64,000 nucleotides of DNA from Podarcis pityusensis (lineage: Eukaryota). Below, one piece after another: positions 62,606 to 64,000 of this stretch (its first letter is position 1; every line of letters starts with the position of its first letter). The translations under genes were made by a program, and so were the position numbers. The notes beneath the pieces were generated by a model. That model was not told the origin of the DNA and searched no databases. It saw only the letters and a list, made by a program, of their open reading frames with translations. The stretch lies in NCBI GenBank assembly GCA_964106645.2, contig OZ067041.1. One strand, 5' to 3'.

Positions 62606-62971
62606 TCACAGCATTTGGGGTAGCAGCTTATCTTGCTTTGTAAATGAGCCAGCTAAGTGTAATTCCCCCAGTCCTATTTTTTTACTTAAATAAACTGCTT
62701 GTCTTGTCACTGATGAGAGCTAGCATGACTTTCTGCCCCCATAAGCTCCAGAGTCCTCCTTTCCTTCCTGTCCCAGTCAGATCCTTACGGAAATGATGCT
62801 ACATAGCATATTTCCATGACGATCAGGCGCAGGAATAGGAAAAGAGAGCTAGAAGGAACTCGGGAGCCTGTAGAGATAAAGAGAGTCTTGCCAGTCATGA
62901 TTTGTGGGCAGGGATGCTTTTCTTAAGTGTAAAAAATGGGTGGGTGGGTGAGGAAGTGCTATTCATGTCCC

Positions 62972-63056
62972 GGCTTCCCATAGGCATCAGGCATCCTGTG
63001 AGATCAGGATGCTGAACTAGATGAGCCATTGGCCTGATCTAGCAGGCTCTTCTTAG
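62972..63056 (+). mobile_element. CR1 3' end
   Basis: GGATGCTGAACTAGATGAGCCATTGGCCTGATCTAGCAGGCTCTTCTTA. Confidence 0.75.
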
Positions 63057-63264
63057 GATGATATGTTCATCTACAAAGAAAGACATTAAGTCTCTCCTAA
63101 ATTCTCAGCAATTTCTCCCACCTCATCACATTATTTTGGAGTCTTTGTCTCTATCCATTGTCAATGGCTAAAAGCAGCACTGTTGAAAATATTTGCCTAG
63201 TTAGCTCTGTTACAGGATTCCTTGTTTCTGTGAGTAAAATAGCCAATATGCCTCAGTAAAACTA

Positions 63265-63490
63265 CAGTGGTATCTCGGGTTACATACGCTTCAGGTTACA
63301 GACTCCGCTAACCCAGAAATAGTACCTCGGGTTAAGAACTTTGCTTCAGGATGAGAACAGAAATCGTGCTCTGGCGGCGCAGCAGCAGCAGGAGGCCCCA
63401 TTAGCTGAAGTGGTACCTCAGGTTAAGAACAGTTTCAGGTTAAGAACGGACCTTGGGGACGAATTAAGTACTTAACCCGAGGTACCACTG
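63265..63490 (-). mobile_element. Tigger/pogo-like MITE (19056 family, inverted)
   Basis: TA|CAGTGGTATCTCGGGTTA...TAACCCGAGGTACCACTG|TA. Confidence 0.92.
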
Positions 63491-64000
63491 TACATGTCAT
63501 ATAGCTATTATAAAGAAATGTTTGTATGCAGAAGACTTTTTGTGTTAGGCAAATGTGTTACATACTTAAAGGTGTTGCTGTTGGAACCAGTAGGCTGAGG
63601 TGCTTTGTGTAGCTAAATATTTGAGCATACTGTATAGCATAAAGTAAAAATGGGGTGGAGGAATAAAACCAGCACGTTCCAGTAAATGGCTCTGAATGCA
63701 AAACTAGGAAAATAAGCTGGTATTGGTCCAAGGTAACGACATTTTGCTGGAGTGTAGTGTAAAGAACTGTCTATATCATCTCTTTCCCACACCTGCACCT
63801 TGCATTTCTTGCTTCAAAAGTCTTCTGTAGTCAGGATATGTTGTTTTTTCATTACAGTAAGTTTATACTAACCAGAGTTTTCCAACTTTGTAGACTGTAT
63901 TTGACTAATGGTTTGTTCCTTCCTGCTGGCCTAACACTCTCCTTAACTGTCAGTGAGGCAAAAAGTTATTTGTTCAAAGTAACATAGGCTTCATAGACTT

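Noticed and set aside
1-64000. Host gene symbol
   Set aside because: Neither MRRQTEDWGA nor any microexon frame (EPQNK/NHKT/TTKQ) matched a protein I can confidently recognise.

Overview
Vertebrate nuclear DNA, almost certainly from a squamate and probably a lacertid lizard (full-length Sauria SINEs). The window looks like the start of a large + strand gene. It opens in a CpG island with candidate exon-1 splice donors, and the rest is ~63 kb of AT-rich intron. Only two gene pieces are supportable: a 14-nt microexon (17069-17082) and an internal TATA/Inr promoter with an alternative first exon encoding MRRQTEDWGA(R/S) (31095-31126, partly hidden by an N-gap). I could not identify the host gene. 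The remainder is a dense transposon record: Tigger/pogo-type MITEs (TA TSD), several hAT MITE families (8-bp TSD), Sauria and other tRNA-derived SINEs, CR1/L2/RTE/L1-like fragments, a solo LTR nested in a CR1, microsatellites, and an unclassified ~90-bp palindromic dispersed repeat. Nearly all ORF-track entries are spurious. There are no rRNA, true tRNA or CRISPR features. I found no convincing novel system; the best leads are the promoter/microexon architecture and a MITE-borne CTCF motif. TE family names come from recognising termini and motifs, not from database searches.
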